A DNA stretch of 64,000 nucleotides, from contig OZ024747.1 in the NCBI GenBank assembly GCA_964016885.1, forward strand, positions 67,394,001-67,458,000. The letters run 5' to 3'. Shown piece by piece: positions 25,073-38,545 of this stretch (position 1 is its first letter; each line of letters opens with the position of its first letter). The position numbers were made by a program, and so were the translations under genes. The stretch comes from Eledone cirrhosa. Its lineage: Eukaryota. The notes beneath the pieces were generated by a model. It worked only from the letters and a program-made list of their open reading frames with translations, was not told the origin of the DNA and made no database searches.

Positions 25073-26480
25073 GTAAGTAAAATAATACGGTAGAACTTAA
25101 ATTACTTCCGAGAAATCATCATACACACTGACTCCTCATGTCTTATTAATTCCGACAGCAGTTTGTTCTTAACATTTCTGACATCCTGCTTCTCATCACG
25201 ACACCTCCAAATATTTGATGACCAAAACTAATACCAACACCAATTTCCTACATATATAAAAAAATGTTTTAGTGTTTAAATTAAGTCACATAAAATACAG
25301 AAATAAAATGCCTCTCTGTTGGGCGTGTACCCTTTACACGTGAATCACTTGTTCTACAGTGTCCCCACCTTCCACGGTCAACCTATCGCTCCACCTAATA
25401 GAAAAAACAGCCAAATCTCTAAAATCTTACTCCACCGTCTAATTTATTACGTGTAGAAATGTAGGGCACGTTAGGTAACGTAGACCTAGATAACCACCAC
25501 AGCCCTTCTATCGAAAAACAATTTTTAAAAAAAGACTGGGTGAGGTGGCGGAGTGATTAATGGCTGGGTTGTCTTTAATCACCGGTCTGCTTGATCGTTG
25601 CCGACCCGAGGCTAAGTTTCCTACCAACAAGTATTCTACGTAAGATACTAGACTAGCTAGAAATAGAAGCAAACCCCACACTGCAATCTTTAAAAGACTA
25701 AAGATCGGAGATGGAAGATACCCTGAATAATAGTAGTCCTTACATCGTAGAAGTCATTTTAGCCATTCAGAAGCACAAAAATTGTTAAATTCACTTTACA
25801 TTTATTTATTTTTCGTCGCATTGTTTGCGACCTGGTGAAAGGCAGTAGAAGTTTGTTAATAACCGAGTCGCAAACATTGTGGTGAAAATTTTGACACCAA
25901 GAAATAAAATAAAATTAAATTTAACAATTTTTGTGTTTTTTGATTGACTAAAATGACTCTTTCACTACGTTTAGTTTGAACTGACGGTTTCAGTTCAAGT
26001 TGCTTGCCAGACATGTACAACTCTGAAATAGTAATCCTTGATATATTGAAGGAAAAGACAGCTGGCAGGACTGACCTGGGGTTATATAACATCTGCAAAA
26101 ATAATTCTCTAGCATTCTTCTTTTTAAATGTATACAAATATTTAATTATACATAATATAGAGAGACACTTGTTTGAATAATTCACATTTTCCAATTTCTT
26201 GCTTCAATGTCCATATTTTAAATACCCATATTCTACTTACTTAAAGAATTACTTGATCTATGAATAATTTGTAAAAAAAAAATAAAGAGAAAACAGCGAC
26301 TTACTTGTGAAGACGGGAAAAGTTCAGTTAAAAAGGCAAAATTAACAAATTCATCTGAGATATATGCAGTACTAAAATAAAAGAATAAAAGGTGAGGAGA
26401 AAACCTACACACTCATTCACACACTACAATAAGGGTTGCTGAAGTTTCCCTCTAATATTTTTTCAGGCAAGCTAACACAC

Positions 26481-26845
26481 TCACAACATTGTTGTGTGGC
26501 GTCCAAAATGAGATATCTACCTCTTAGCCAGGGGCAGCGTGTAAGACCATCTAGCTTCTTCCCATCAACAGTTCATAATCCAGCTGGCTCCAGAATTGAA
26601 GGGATGTTGGTTTGAAACAGGGCTTGCTTGATAATTAGGTTTAGCTCAATATATCAAGTGAAGCGACTTGCTTTCAGGTGGCAAAACAACCTGTGGGATC
26701 AAAGGGTCTACTTCAATAACATTTAAATCCATCACAGACTTCGGCTCCAACTCTGAGTGCAGTGGAGATGTAGAACTCATCCAAACTGAGTAGACCACCG
26801 ATATTGGCCAAGGACCAAGCATGAAACCAGTCTGCTGAGGATTTT
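26481..26845 (-). mobile_element. CRE-clade non-LTR retrotransposon fragment (Zn knuckle and proximal endonuclease domain)
   Basis: SADWFHAW...LRVGAEVC..FKC and ELNLIIKQAL...IPSILEPAGL*TVDGKKLDGLT..PW..GRYLILDAT match CRE motifs. Confidence 0.8.
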
Positions 26846-26849
26846 ATCT

Positions 26850-27478
26850 TTGTAGGTCTACTTCTCTGAGTCCCAAAAACTGAAATTTTTCTGCACTTTA
26901 TAGAGCTGTCATCTTCTGTATGCATCACATGTCCATACCAACACAGTCTTCTTTTTTGCATGCTACATCTAATTCCTCTTATACCAAGTTTTTCCCTCAC
27001 TATATCATTCATGCACACTAACTTTACACATCTTTTGGAACACGTTTCAGTTCTTTCTATCCTTCACAGATCTTCTGCAGTCAAGGCCCATGTCTCAATA
27101 CCATGTAGCATTGTAGTTTGCATGAAGGCATCATACAGTCTACTCTTCATTCTGAAAGAGAAGCCCTATACTGTCAGCTGGGGTACTAGTTCTCTGAACT
27201 TCTTCCAGCCTGTTCTTACCCTGGCTGCCATTCTTTCAGAGCATTATCACCCACTGTTGATTAGATTACCTAGGTATCAAAACCTGTCAACAACATTTAA
27301 GGAACCTCTCATGCAATTGAGACAATCTCTTTCACTTGTGCTCATAGTGGCTACTTCTCCCCTGCATTTGCTGCATACAAAGTCTATCGCCCCTATCAAC
27401 CTGTCTGTAATCCCACTAGGTCTTTTGAGCATCCATATATCACTGTGTGCATCGTAAGGAATTTCTGCCCATCCCTAT
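26850..27478 (-). mobile_element. degenerate RTE LINE fragment
   Basis: REKLGIRGIRCSMQKRRLCWYGHVMH and RVRTGWKKFREL-like sequence. Confidence 0.85.
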
Positions 27479-28050
27479 TCAACATATCATTCAGCTATAA
27501 GGGCTAGGTCAGTTTTAAACACCTTAGTTATAGCCTGGAGAACATTGATAAGTATATATACTCAATAAGTTTGATAAGTGTCTTGACATAAAATTGCAGG
27601 CCCTTGAACCACTTCTTTACCTATCTCAGTTGATAAAAGATGAGTGTGTGTGTGTATATATATATACACACACATACACACTCATCTTTTATCATATATA
27701 TATATATATCATCATCATTCATCATTTCATTTTACGTCCACTTTTCCCTGCTTACAAGGGTGGGACGGGAACTGATTCTGGCTTGATTTCTACAGCTGGA
27801 TGCCCTTCCTAACACCAACCTCATTTACAGTGAGTGCTGGGTGCTTTTTTGCCGTGGCACCTCCACGACCACTTTGCAGTGGAATGATAGGGACCCCAGT
27901 CCCTATCATCTCATTTCTACAGCTGAGTAAACTGGAGCAATGTGAAATAAAGTGTCTTGCTCAAGTAAACAACACATCACCCAGTCTGAGAATTGAACTC
28001 CCAACCTTTCAATTGCAAGACCAATGCTCTAACCACTAAGCCATGTGCCT

Positions 28051-28227
<177 letters not shown>

Positions 28228-28977
28228 TTCAGCTAAATGCTTTGCACTCTACAGTTTTACATCCCTTTTTCTATGCCAGCATGTGTTGTTATATACCAAG
28301 TCAATATTTAACCTTTTGATCATCACATTTCTCATTGAATGTGTTTCAGTTAAATTTGAAATTAATGAAGAATTTGGGTGTTTTTTTTTTTACTAAAATA
28401 ATCTCTATTCTTCATTATGCATAGAAGAGTGTAGATGTTGTGATCTCTCCAGTCTTTGATGTTGTCAGACCAACATTTTCTTTGCTCTTCAACTGTACCA
28501 TGAAGAATGGTTTTAGACATGAAGTTACGATGGGATACATGACTGTACCAGGAAAGCTTCTGTCATTTCACCATTTGTACCTGTCTGTCTGCCAACCACA
28601 TTACACTGTATACTGAGAGCTTTTCTTGTGGCATTACTCTATCCTTTTCTGTCATAGTACCAGCACGATCACCTTGGTTATTTTTTAAATGATTTGAGAA
28701 TCATAGGCAGTGTCTTTCATTAGAAACAGTGTAATGAAAGTGTTAACTATAGGCAGTGTCATTCATTAGAGTAATGAAAGGGTTAACTGTAGGCAATATT
28801 TTTCTTTAGAGTAATGCACGGGTTAACTGTAGGCAGTGTCTTTCATTAGAAATATGGTAATTAACGTTAACTATATGCAGTGTCTATCATTAGAAATATA
28901 GTAATAAATGAATTAAAACTCTCTGTTGTTATATTGTATTTGTATGATAATTCTAGAGGTTTTTTTCTGATTTTCAG

Positions 28978-29045
28978 CTGCATTTCAAAAGAATTTATCT
29001 TATCCATTTGATGATCTCTGCAGAAAAACATTGCAGGACATTGAG
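28978..29045 (+). CDS. ATF6: ATF6 exon 2
   Basis: ttttcag| ... GAG|gttagt; phases 1/0 consistent, open frame. Confidence 0.65.
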
Positions 29046-30062
29046 GTTAGTCACTTCTCAAAATCCCATCACTCTTTTCACACACTCATGATTTCATACT
29101 TACCACTCTTATTACTCCAGTTTTCACTCCCTAAACACAGCTGATATGAGACAAGGCATCCCTTTCTCCACTTTTCCTCATAGGACAGTGAAGGCTCTTC
29201 AATTGAATCAATGACCAGCAGCCTCCCTAATGCTGACATCATGATAAAATGCACCCAGTATTCTCTGTAAAGTAGTTGGTGTTGGAAGGGCATCCAGCCA
29301 TATAAAACTTGCCAAATACAGAGTTGTGAGCACTCTTCAGTTGTGTAAATGGCACTATGCCCCCCGTGCTAGTGCAACAAATATTTCACCCAGTACTATC
29401 TCTAAATGGTATGAATGTTATGTGAACAAGATGCAACCCATGACCCAACTATGATGACAGTGGTTCCAATTGAGTGCTGACTTAATCTGTAATGACTCAT
29501 CCAATCTATGTTAGCATGAAAAAGCAGGCATTAAACAATGATGATGATGATTCTGCATTGGCAACATTTAGGTGCAAACATAACTGGCTGTTACTAGAAT
29601 AGCTGTGACACTTCTGCCAGGAGTGGTGATTGATAGATAGTATCAGCAATGGAAAGACCAATGGAAACACTGCTTCCTTGGTCTGATGTAACATTTGGCT
29701 CTTTTCCTTTACATTCTGAGTTCAAATCCTGCCACCTTCTTTCAGAAGTTGCAACCGACAGAAAGTATCAACAATGGAGAGTCCAGTGGAAATGGTTTTC
29801 CTTCTCCAATCTGATTATCAGCTTTTTTTCTTCTTCTTTGCCCACTTATTCCTGGGAGGATTGTGAGGGCAAAATAATTTACTCTGAAATAATTCTTTTG
29901 TATCCCTAATATTTATTGGTCCAATCACAAATTTCCTTTCATTTTTTACTTTAATATTAAATTTCCCTTTTGATTGTTGCTTTATCAATATATGCCTTGG
30001 TTGTGATTGTTCTTGTATAATAACTATATTTTATTATTGTTTATATGTGCTATTTTTGTCAG

Positions 30063-30156
30063 ATCTCCATAAATAGCAGCCCAATCCAGTGTGGCCCATT
30101 AAGTGATGAGATGTGTTGGCATGATCTCAGTGACAGTTCAGACAGTGGGGTTCATG
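30063..30156 (+). CDS. ATF6: ATF6 exon 3
   Basis: tttgtcag| ISINSSPIQ...DSSDSGVH G|gtaagt; phases 0/1. Confidence 0.7.
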
Positions 30157-30849
30157 GTAAGTGAATACTTTGATGAATTACTAAATGATTTGGCATATTG
30201 TTCCACAAATAAGACAACAACAAACTTTTTAAGGTCATATTACCTGCAATGTTTTATGGTCAGTTGTCCTTGCAACCTTCCATTTTAATCACCCTTTATG
30301 ATATGCAGAAATACAGGAACTTATTCTAAACCAGGGGCTCACAGGTACATATTATCCCACAGGGGAATGGTTTATATGCTCAAATCTTTAACAATTATGC
30401 CAATCCACCGCCCCTTGCTAGACTGGTACTTATTTATTGACATTCAAAAGGATGAATAGTAAAATTGACTTTAATGAAATTTGAACTCAGAGCACAAAGA
30501 GCTGGAATAGATACCAAAACATTTAATCCAATGCTCTAACAACTTTGTCAATTTGCTGCCTATAAACCAAAAACGAAATTACCAAAGCGTATCAAATTTT
30601 TCTTTTACAGATTTGCATTCTTGTCTCCCCACCCTTCGGTTCATTCATCCATATATCTATAATCGCCCAGAATCCAAATCCTACTTCTTAATTGCTATTC
30701 TATAATTCTGTCTGACTGTTCTAAATAATCTTCTCCTCGCTTGTTCTAAATAATCTTCTCCTCGCTAACTACCCCATACCCCTCCCGCCTGCCCCCACTC
30801 TCCACCTTTATTATTTGGACCAATCACAAGTCAACGGCCTATGCTATCA

Positions 30850-33800
30850 CTTCTCCTGGTTGCTTTTCGATATGATGGATGGACTAATGAATTTCTGGAG
30901 AGTCTGAAGAATCTGGACACTCGAAGACAATGCCAAAGATAACAACAAATTCACCTCATGCTGCCGGACGAAAGGGCAAGGACTCCTCCTCTTTGTTTCG
31001 GCCGCGGATGGCCAACATAACTCCAACCCCATCCCCTCACCCCTCCCTGCGCCCCACCCACCAAACGCAAAGAGTTGGTACCATGAATGTAGGCACCTTA
31101 AAAGGCTGCTCTAATGAGGTTGTAGAAATGCTTGAACGTAAGGAGGTTGATGTTTGCTGTATCCAAGAGACCAGGTGGAGGGGCGGGTCTGCTAGATTCA
31201 TTGTGGGTAAAAAACGATGCTATAAGCTTTTCTGGGTGGGGTAGGAATCATGTTAGCAGAAAAATGGGTGGATAAGATAATAGACGTAAATAGAGTGAAT
31301 GACAGAATAATTAAAATAAGACTTGTTCTAAATAGAACTACTGTGACAGTAATATCTGCATACGCACCCCAATCCGGACTGCCTGGCGCTATAAAAGACA
31401 GATTCTATGAGACACTGATGCTCACTACCTCCCAAATAACCGACAGTGACTATATAATTATTGCTGGCGACCTAAATGGTCACGTTGGACAACATTGTGA
31501 CGGCTATGACGGAATCCACGAAGGCTATGGGTTTGGTACTATAAATGAGGAAGGCTCCAGAATCCTGGAATTCTGTGACGTAAATAACCTAACTATCTGT
31601 AACACTAACTTCAAAAAACGAGACAATCACTTGATCACCTACAGATCAGGGGAACATACCAGCCAGGTAGATTATATCATTACCAGAAGACGTGACAGAG
31701 TGTCTGTTGTAACACTAAATCCCTCCCCCATAAAGAATGCACCTCCCAACATAGACTGATAATTAGCGACCTCATAGTCAGGACGAGACGTACTCGGCAA
31801 CAGAAGAGGACTATCCTCAGGAGAAAAATATGGAAGCTAAAGGACCCCACAGCCAGAAATAAATTTAAAAGCATATTACTTGATGCTTTCGACAGTAAGG
31901 AAGAGCATTTAGAGTCGTAAAATATAGAGGAACAGTGGGAATTCCTGAAAGCAAACCTGCTGATGGCGGCAGACGAAGTCTGTGGCTGGAGCAGGCCTAT
32001 AGGCAGGAGGAGAGTAACATGGTGGTGGAACAGTAAGGTGGAGGAGTCAATTAAGGCCAAAAAGCAGGCTTGGAAAGTATGGCGGGATGGGGGAAGTAGA
32101 GAAGACTATCAAGTGGCCAGGAGGGAAGCTAGGAGACAAGTGTACTTCGCAAGAAGGGAAGCAGAGGAAAGAAAGTCCAAGCATGTTCTACAACGCGAGG
32201 GCCAAAAACATGAGGTGTTCAGGATTGCTAGGCAATGTGTCAAGGAAAACCGTGATATTGTCGGGGAGAAGTGTGTCCTTAATGATGATGGTGTACTTGC
32301 CATCACTGACGCTGATAAGAAGGTAGCTTGGAAGTGTCACTACGAAAGGCTACTAAATGAGGAGAATAAATGGGAGAAAGACAGTCTCTCCCACATCGAC
32401 CCAATAGAGGGACCAGCTGTGTTAGTCGAAGGTAGTATAATAAGTAAGGCAATCAAAGATATGAAGACGGGTAAGGCAGCTGGGCCCTCGGAAATAGTTG
32501 CTGGAACGGTGGGACACACCATGGTCACCCGGATAGTAAACCAAGTCATACAGAATGGGGTTGTTCCGAAGGACTGGCGTAGCAGCATCATCATTAACTG
32601 CTACAAGGTTAAAGGAGATGCCCTAGATAGGAGTAACTATAGAGGCATTAAATTAATCGACCAGGTCATGAAGGTCACAGAAAAAGTAATAGCGCAACTA
32701 ATCAGAGAGAGAATTGATCTAGATGAAATGCAGTTCGGGTTTGTGTCAGGCAAAAGTACCACAGACGCTCTTTTCCTTGTACGACAACTACAGGAGAAGT
32801 ACCTAGCTAAAAGTAAACCCCTATACTTAGCTTTTGTCGACTTGGAGAAAGCCTTCGACAGAGTCCCCCGTTCCATTATCTGGTGGGCTCTTAGAAAACT
32901 AGGTGTTTATGAATGGCTTGTGAGAGCTATACAAGCCATGTATAAAGAAACAGTCAGCAAGGTTAGAATTAACAATGAATATAGTGAAGAGTTTAGTATA
33001 AAAGTTGGTGTTCATCAGGGCTCCGTTCTTAGCCCCCTACTATTTATTATTGCCCTTCAGGCTATAACAGTGGAGTTCAAGACCGGCTGCCCATGGGAAC
33101 TCCTATACGCAGATGATCTAACGCTCATAGCTGAATCAATGGCTGAACTAGAGAAGAAATTCCAAACTTGGAAGCATGGCCTAGAATCAAAAGGCCTTAA
33201 AATCAACCTGTCTAAGACTAAAGTTCTAGTTTGTAGGAAGGAAAATAGGGCACCGGTCCCATCCGGGAAATGGCCATGCTCAGTGTGTAGGAAAGGAGTA
33301 GGTAGAAACTCCATTTTATGTCCAAAATGCAAAGTATGGGTGCATAAAAGATGTAGTGGGATCACAGGTAAGCTAACTAAGAACATAGATTTTATATGTG
33401 GCCGGTGCTCTGGTGCAATAAGTAGCAGCAAGTGCCCACAGAATACTAGCTCATTCCATTGCACAGATGGTTCTATAGAAATAGTGGACACCTTCCGTTA
33501 CCTGGGTGACAAAATCAGCAGTGGGGGAGGGTGCTCTGAAAGTACAGTAGCTAGAGTCAGAACTGGATGGAAAAAGTTCAGAGAGCTTATACCACTATTA
33601 GCCGCTAAAGGGTTCTCCCTAAAAATGAAAGGCAGGCTGTATGATGCCTGCATATGAACAGCAATGTTACATGGCAGTGAGACCTGGGCATTGTGTGCAG
33701 AGGATATACGCAGACTGGAGAAGAACGAAGCTTGCATGCTCCGCTGGATGTGTAATAGTAATATACCTGAACGGCAAAGCATAAACGAACTAAGGGAAAA

Positions 33801-34437
33801 ATTAGAAATAAGAGGGATCAGATGTTGTTTACTCGAGAGAAGACTACGTTGGTATGGTCACGTGATGCGCATGAAAGACGACAGCTGTATAAAAAAGTGC
33901 AGGGCAATAAAAATAGACGGTAGCCACGGAGTAGGCAGACCCAGAAAAACCTGGGATGACTTGATAAATTCCGACCTCACACACTTACACCTCTCCAAGA
34001 CAATGTCACTGGACCGAGATCTTTGGCGCTACACAGTAATAGAGAAGACCCGCCTTACCTAAGTACAAAGTGAAACCTACTACAGTCAGTAGGCACCTCT
34101 AACAAAATACACCCCCGTCCCACTACCCCCACCCTTTTCAATGTAAAGTTATGTTGGTACCACAACATTCAGCCTGAAACAAATGAGGTCGTGTAGGTGT
34201 CACGACAAAAAAACACACAGTCCACGCTGTAATGTGGCCGTGTAGGTAACACGGTAAAAACCTCCCAGCCCCACACTGTAAATGTAGCTGGTGTTAGGAA
34301 GGGCATCCAGCTGTAGAAAACCCGCCAGACAGTCCTATGCGAGCAAGACAACCACTCTTGCCTCAAGTGGGAAAACTCCCATCCAAACCCATGCAAGCGT
34401 GGAATATGGACGTTAAACGTTGATGATGATGATGATG
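30850..34437 (+). mobile_element. near-full-length RTE-clade LINE (APE + RT + PHD), inactivated, in ATF6 intron 3; 5' boundary approximate
   Basis: APE motifs (GTMNVGTL, CIQETRW, SAYAPQ, GDLNGHVG, VDYII), RT with LYADD, (GAT)n tail. Broken by frameshifts near 31245 and 31700 and by stops at 31918 and 33655. Confidence 0.95.
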
Positions 34438-34848
34438 CTTCATGTTTGTATGGGATGGCTTCTGTTGGATCAATGGATTTGACAGCTAGGTGTTATCTTT
34501 CTCTTAATAACTGAATAGTGAATTAGGAATGTTGTTACAGCACACATCTACATAGGTTTAGCCTGCATCTCAGGCAGTTTCCAGAGTGTTTTAATAAGGG
34601 CCCCCAGACTTTTTATGAAAAGCAATGTGAAATGAAGCATCTTGCTCAAGAACTCAATGCGCCACCTAATCCAGAAATTGAGTCCATGGCCTTTATGCTC
34701 CTGAGTCCAACACGTAAACTTGGCTCCTTGTTTTTTTGTGTGTGTGTGGGGGGGGGGGGGGGGGGTAATTATTGAATAATGATGCTCCTTGCCTTTCCTC
34801 TTTTGGAAATTGTAATTATTGAACAATATTATTTATATTTTCATCTAG

Positions 34849-34988
34849 GTGTTACTCTTAAACCTGACCCTTTATCACCATACACTAACAGTTCTGATGG
34901 ATCTGCTAATGATCTGGCTATCAAACAAGAACCACTGTCCCCTTCTTCAACAACAGGTTCTGATTCTGGCATAGAAACCTACAAACCT
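34849..34988 (+). CDS. ATF6: ATF6 exon 4
   Basis: catctag| GVTLKPDPLSP...IKQEPLSP...DSGIETYKP |gtaagt; K.EP.SP motifs are typical of ATF6. Confidence 0.85.
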
Positions 34989-35040
34989 GTAAGTGATTGT
35001 TTTTATTACCTTCCATTTCAAATTGCCATTTGTATAATTT

Positions 35041-35474
35041 ATATAGATACAGATACACAATAAAATATATATAGATACAGATACACAATAAAATATATAT
35101 AGATACAGATACACAATAAAATATATATAGATACAGATACACAATAAAATATATATAGATACAGATACACAATAAAATATATATAGATACAGATACACAA
35201 TAAAATATATATAGATACAGATACACAATAAAATATATATAGATACAGATACACAATAAAATATATATAGATACAGATACACAATAAAATATATATAGAT
35301 ACAGATACACAATAAAATATATATAGATACAGATACACAATAAAATATATATAGATACAGATACACAATAAAATATATATAGATACAGATACACAATAAA
35401 ATATATATAGATACAGATACACAATAAAATATATATAGATACAGATACACAATAAAATATATATAGATACACAA
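35041..35474. repeat. 28-bp minisatellite, ~15 copies
   Basis: gatacagatacacaataaaatatatata, period 28 (35046/35074). Confidence 0.95.
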
Positions 35475-36229
35475 TCTGTATCATAGTTGGTGATAACAAC
35501 AGTATCTCACCCCTAGACTAGCTCAGTATTTCTCATTGCATTATAACTTCATGTTTCTCTATTTTTATGTTAAAATTTATTTGACTTGTATTTTTCTTTT
35601 AATCTTCTACTGGTTTCAGTCATTAGATTACAGCCAGTCTACAGTGTGTATGTATGTGCATCATCATCATCATTATCATCACCATTTAACATCTATTTTC
35701 CATGCTTGGATGGGTTTCACAAGTTTTTATGTGACTGTGGAATTGTTTCTGGCTTAATCGCCTCTTATGACATACAGTGTATTTATTCTGAACCAGATAC
35801 ATACAGAGATAATTAAAAATATAGTTGAAAATATACTAGGAATTAAAAGTAATTTATATCTATAAAGCCAGGAAAAGAAATTAACCACTTTAATACCCAA
35901 CTACCTCTGGATTTATGATACAAAGCTTTTTATTATAAAAGGATTTTATTTATCTAAAAACCTTCCATCATAATTATATGTAAGAATCTTTGTTACGTTC
36001 CATACACCAGCTTAATAATGTCATAGTTAATTATATTATTAAATCCCTGTAAATTCTTGATTATTTTCAAAATTATTTGAAAATATTCAATCTTTCATTG
36101 GAAGTATGGTAATGAAAGGATTAACAAGGACTGGATTTTTCATCTAATTTCTAGTTATTTCTTCCCAAAATTTCTTTTTTTATCTGAAAGTTTTGTTTTG
36201 TTTGTCTTTTCTTCTATTTATTTTGCCAG

Positions 36230-36545
36230 CTCAACTGCCAGAGTGCTTGCCGTTCTGACCTGAAGTCAGAATCCAAAGATTTTGTTCTCTCTTTTGTAAA
36301 TCAGGCTAACGTTACTGTTGCCAATTCTATGTTCAACCCTAGCAGTGGCACATCTCTTCCTAACCCATCAGTCATCCAAGTAATACAGGGCAACCCTCCT
36401 CATCTACTTTCCACTCAGCCAGTCACATGTCTCACTTCATCACCAACATTGACATCCTCCAATATAAGCACCATTGTAAACTCCAAAGTCAAGATTAAGC
36501 CAAGAATGATCGATGGACAAAATCCTTTGACTATTTCCAATTCCA
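36230..36545 (+). CDS. ATF6: ATF6 exon 5 (alternative in-frame acceptor at 36305)
   Basis: ttttgccag| open frame including KVKIKPR; A|gtgagt; phases 0/1. Confidence 0.75.
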
Positions 36546-37420
36546 GTGAGTTGAACTGAAAATTTTTTTTTTTTTTTTTTCAAATATATTCTGTGCATCT
36601 GTATAATATCTATATGATGTTTATGTCTTATATCATTTCTATATCATAAATACTAATAATCATATATCACCATGTTAGCAGAGCATTAGTAATAGTAATT
36701 GTTGAATTTAGTTTTATACCCATGAATGCCACATTATCCTCTGTACTCCCTAGAAAAGATTCTATAAAGAATAGATCCCAAATAATATTCACTGAAATAC
36801 ATATTTGCCTCTCCATCCCACCCCCACCTCCAAACAAGCTTGTTGCTACTGCTTTGTTCTCAACTAATGAGAGTTTTAATTGCATTGATTTGTCATTGAT
36901 TTTGTTGTACCCATCCTGGTACCAACTCTTTGTGAAGTCCTGTGGGTAATTGGAGTATCACACAATCTGAGGAAAACAAACAGTGAATTGCAGACTGATG
37001 GGAATAGAGCCAGTGATGAATGTTGTGAGTATAAATGGAATAAAGTGGTTGGGTCATGTGTTGAGGAAGGATGAAAGTGACTGGGTGAGAGATATGATGG
37101 CAATTGAGCAAGATGAAGAACAAGAAAGACATGGTTAAGATGTTAGAAAAGGAAATGAAAGATGAGGAAAGATATAGACAATACGGAAAAGAGGAGAGGC
37201 TTGTCATAAGGCCTACAAGGTAGAAGAAAATGCCTTATCCTATTTTATATCAAACCGATCAAAACCAGCTTTGGTTATACGAAACAATTCTAAATTACTA
37301 TGTTAGTAATGAATTATTAAACACTTCCAATTCTTCGTTAATTAATTGAAATAATGTGTATTTCATTAAAAACATGGTGTGTTATGGTTGTCATTGATTT
37401 TGTTATTGTTTCTTGAACAG

Positions 37421-37593
37421 ACAGTGAATGTTGGCCCAGTTCAGTTCTGCCACAGACTGTATCCAATGGAATCTCAGTCCCAAACTACCAGGCATGTCCT
37501 TCAACAGATGGTCACCCACAGAATGACGTAACAGCATCTGAATTCATTGACATGAATGGCACCAATCCTTTGCATTCCAATCTCAGTAATAGT
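37421..37593 (+). CDS. ATF6: ATF6 exon 6
   Basis: ttgaacag| open frame, AGT|gtaagt; phases 1/0. Confidence 0.7.
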
Positions 37594-38506
37594 GTAAGTC
37601 AACAATCTAGCTCCACATGTTCATCATCATCATTCTAAGTCTGTTTTCCCTGCTGACATAGGTTGAATGGTTTGTGACTTTCCAACACTAGACGGGTCAG
37701 TAATCATAAACACAGGCATGAACACAACACATACATATCATGATTTTCTTCATAATTAATTACCATCCATTCTTTCATGTTGGCATGGTTTGGGTGGGTT
37801 GTCACAAACGAAGCCCGTCCTTAATCAAAGTTACTGTCATCCTAGATGGACTGGAGACATTTCACTTACATATGTTCCAGTTTTGACATGGTTTCTACAG
37901 CTGGTTGCACTTCCTATCACCAAGCATTTTACAGAGTGTACTGGGTACATTTTATTGTAACACTGACAATATGGAGGTTGTCATGTCCTTGACACAACTG
38001 AAGAGTTCTCCCCGCTCTTTATTTGGCAGGTTTTCTATATAGGTATTTGTTGTTGTCACTCTTTGTTTTATTTCTTCACTCTTTCAAAATCAAATTCATA
38101 GTTGCCACTCTGAGACCACAAAATCAATGTTGATCGGTCTATTCCAGATTTATCAACTTGTGTTGCATTTGAACAATAACTATAAATTCTTCCATGCTAG
38201 CATGGAAGCTAGACGATGATGATGATATATATATATATCACCATCATCATCATTATCACTGAGGATTGATGAGTTGTCATATTCTGAGGCCAGATGGCTG
38301 CACCCTGCCTATGCATTCAATTTTGGCATGATTTCTATAGCTAGATACCTTTCCTAATGCTAGCCACTTCATAAAATGTACTGGGTACATTTTACCATGG
38401 CACCAGCACTACCATTTTATTGTGGTACCAGTACTACATATAAATATATAACAAAGAGAGTGGTAAAATACCAGGTGGCCCATAACATACCAGAGTACTC
38501 AATACT

Positions 38507-38545
<39 letters not shown>

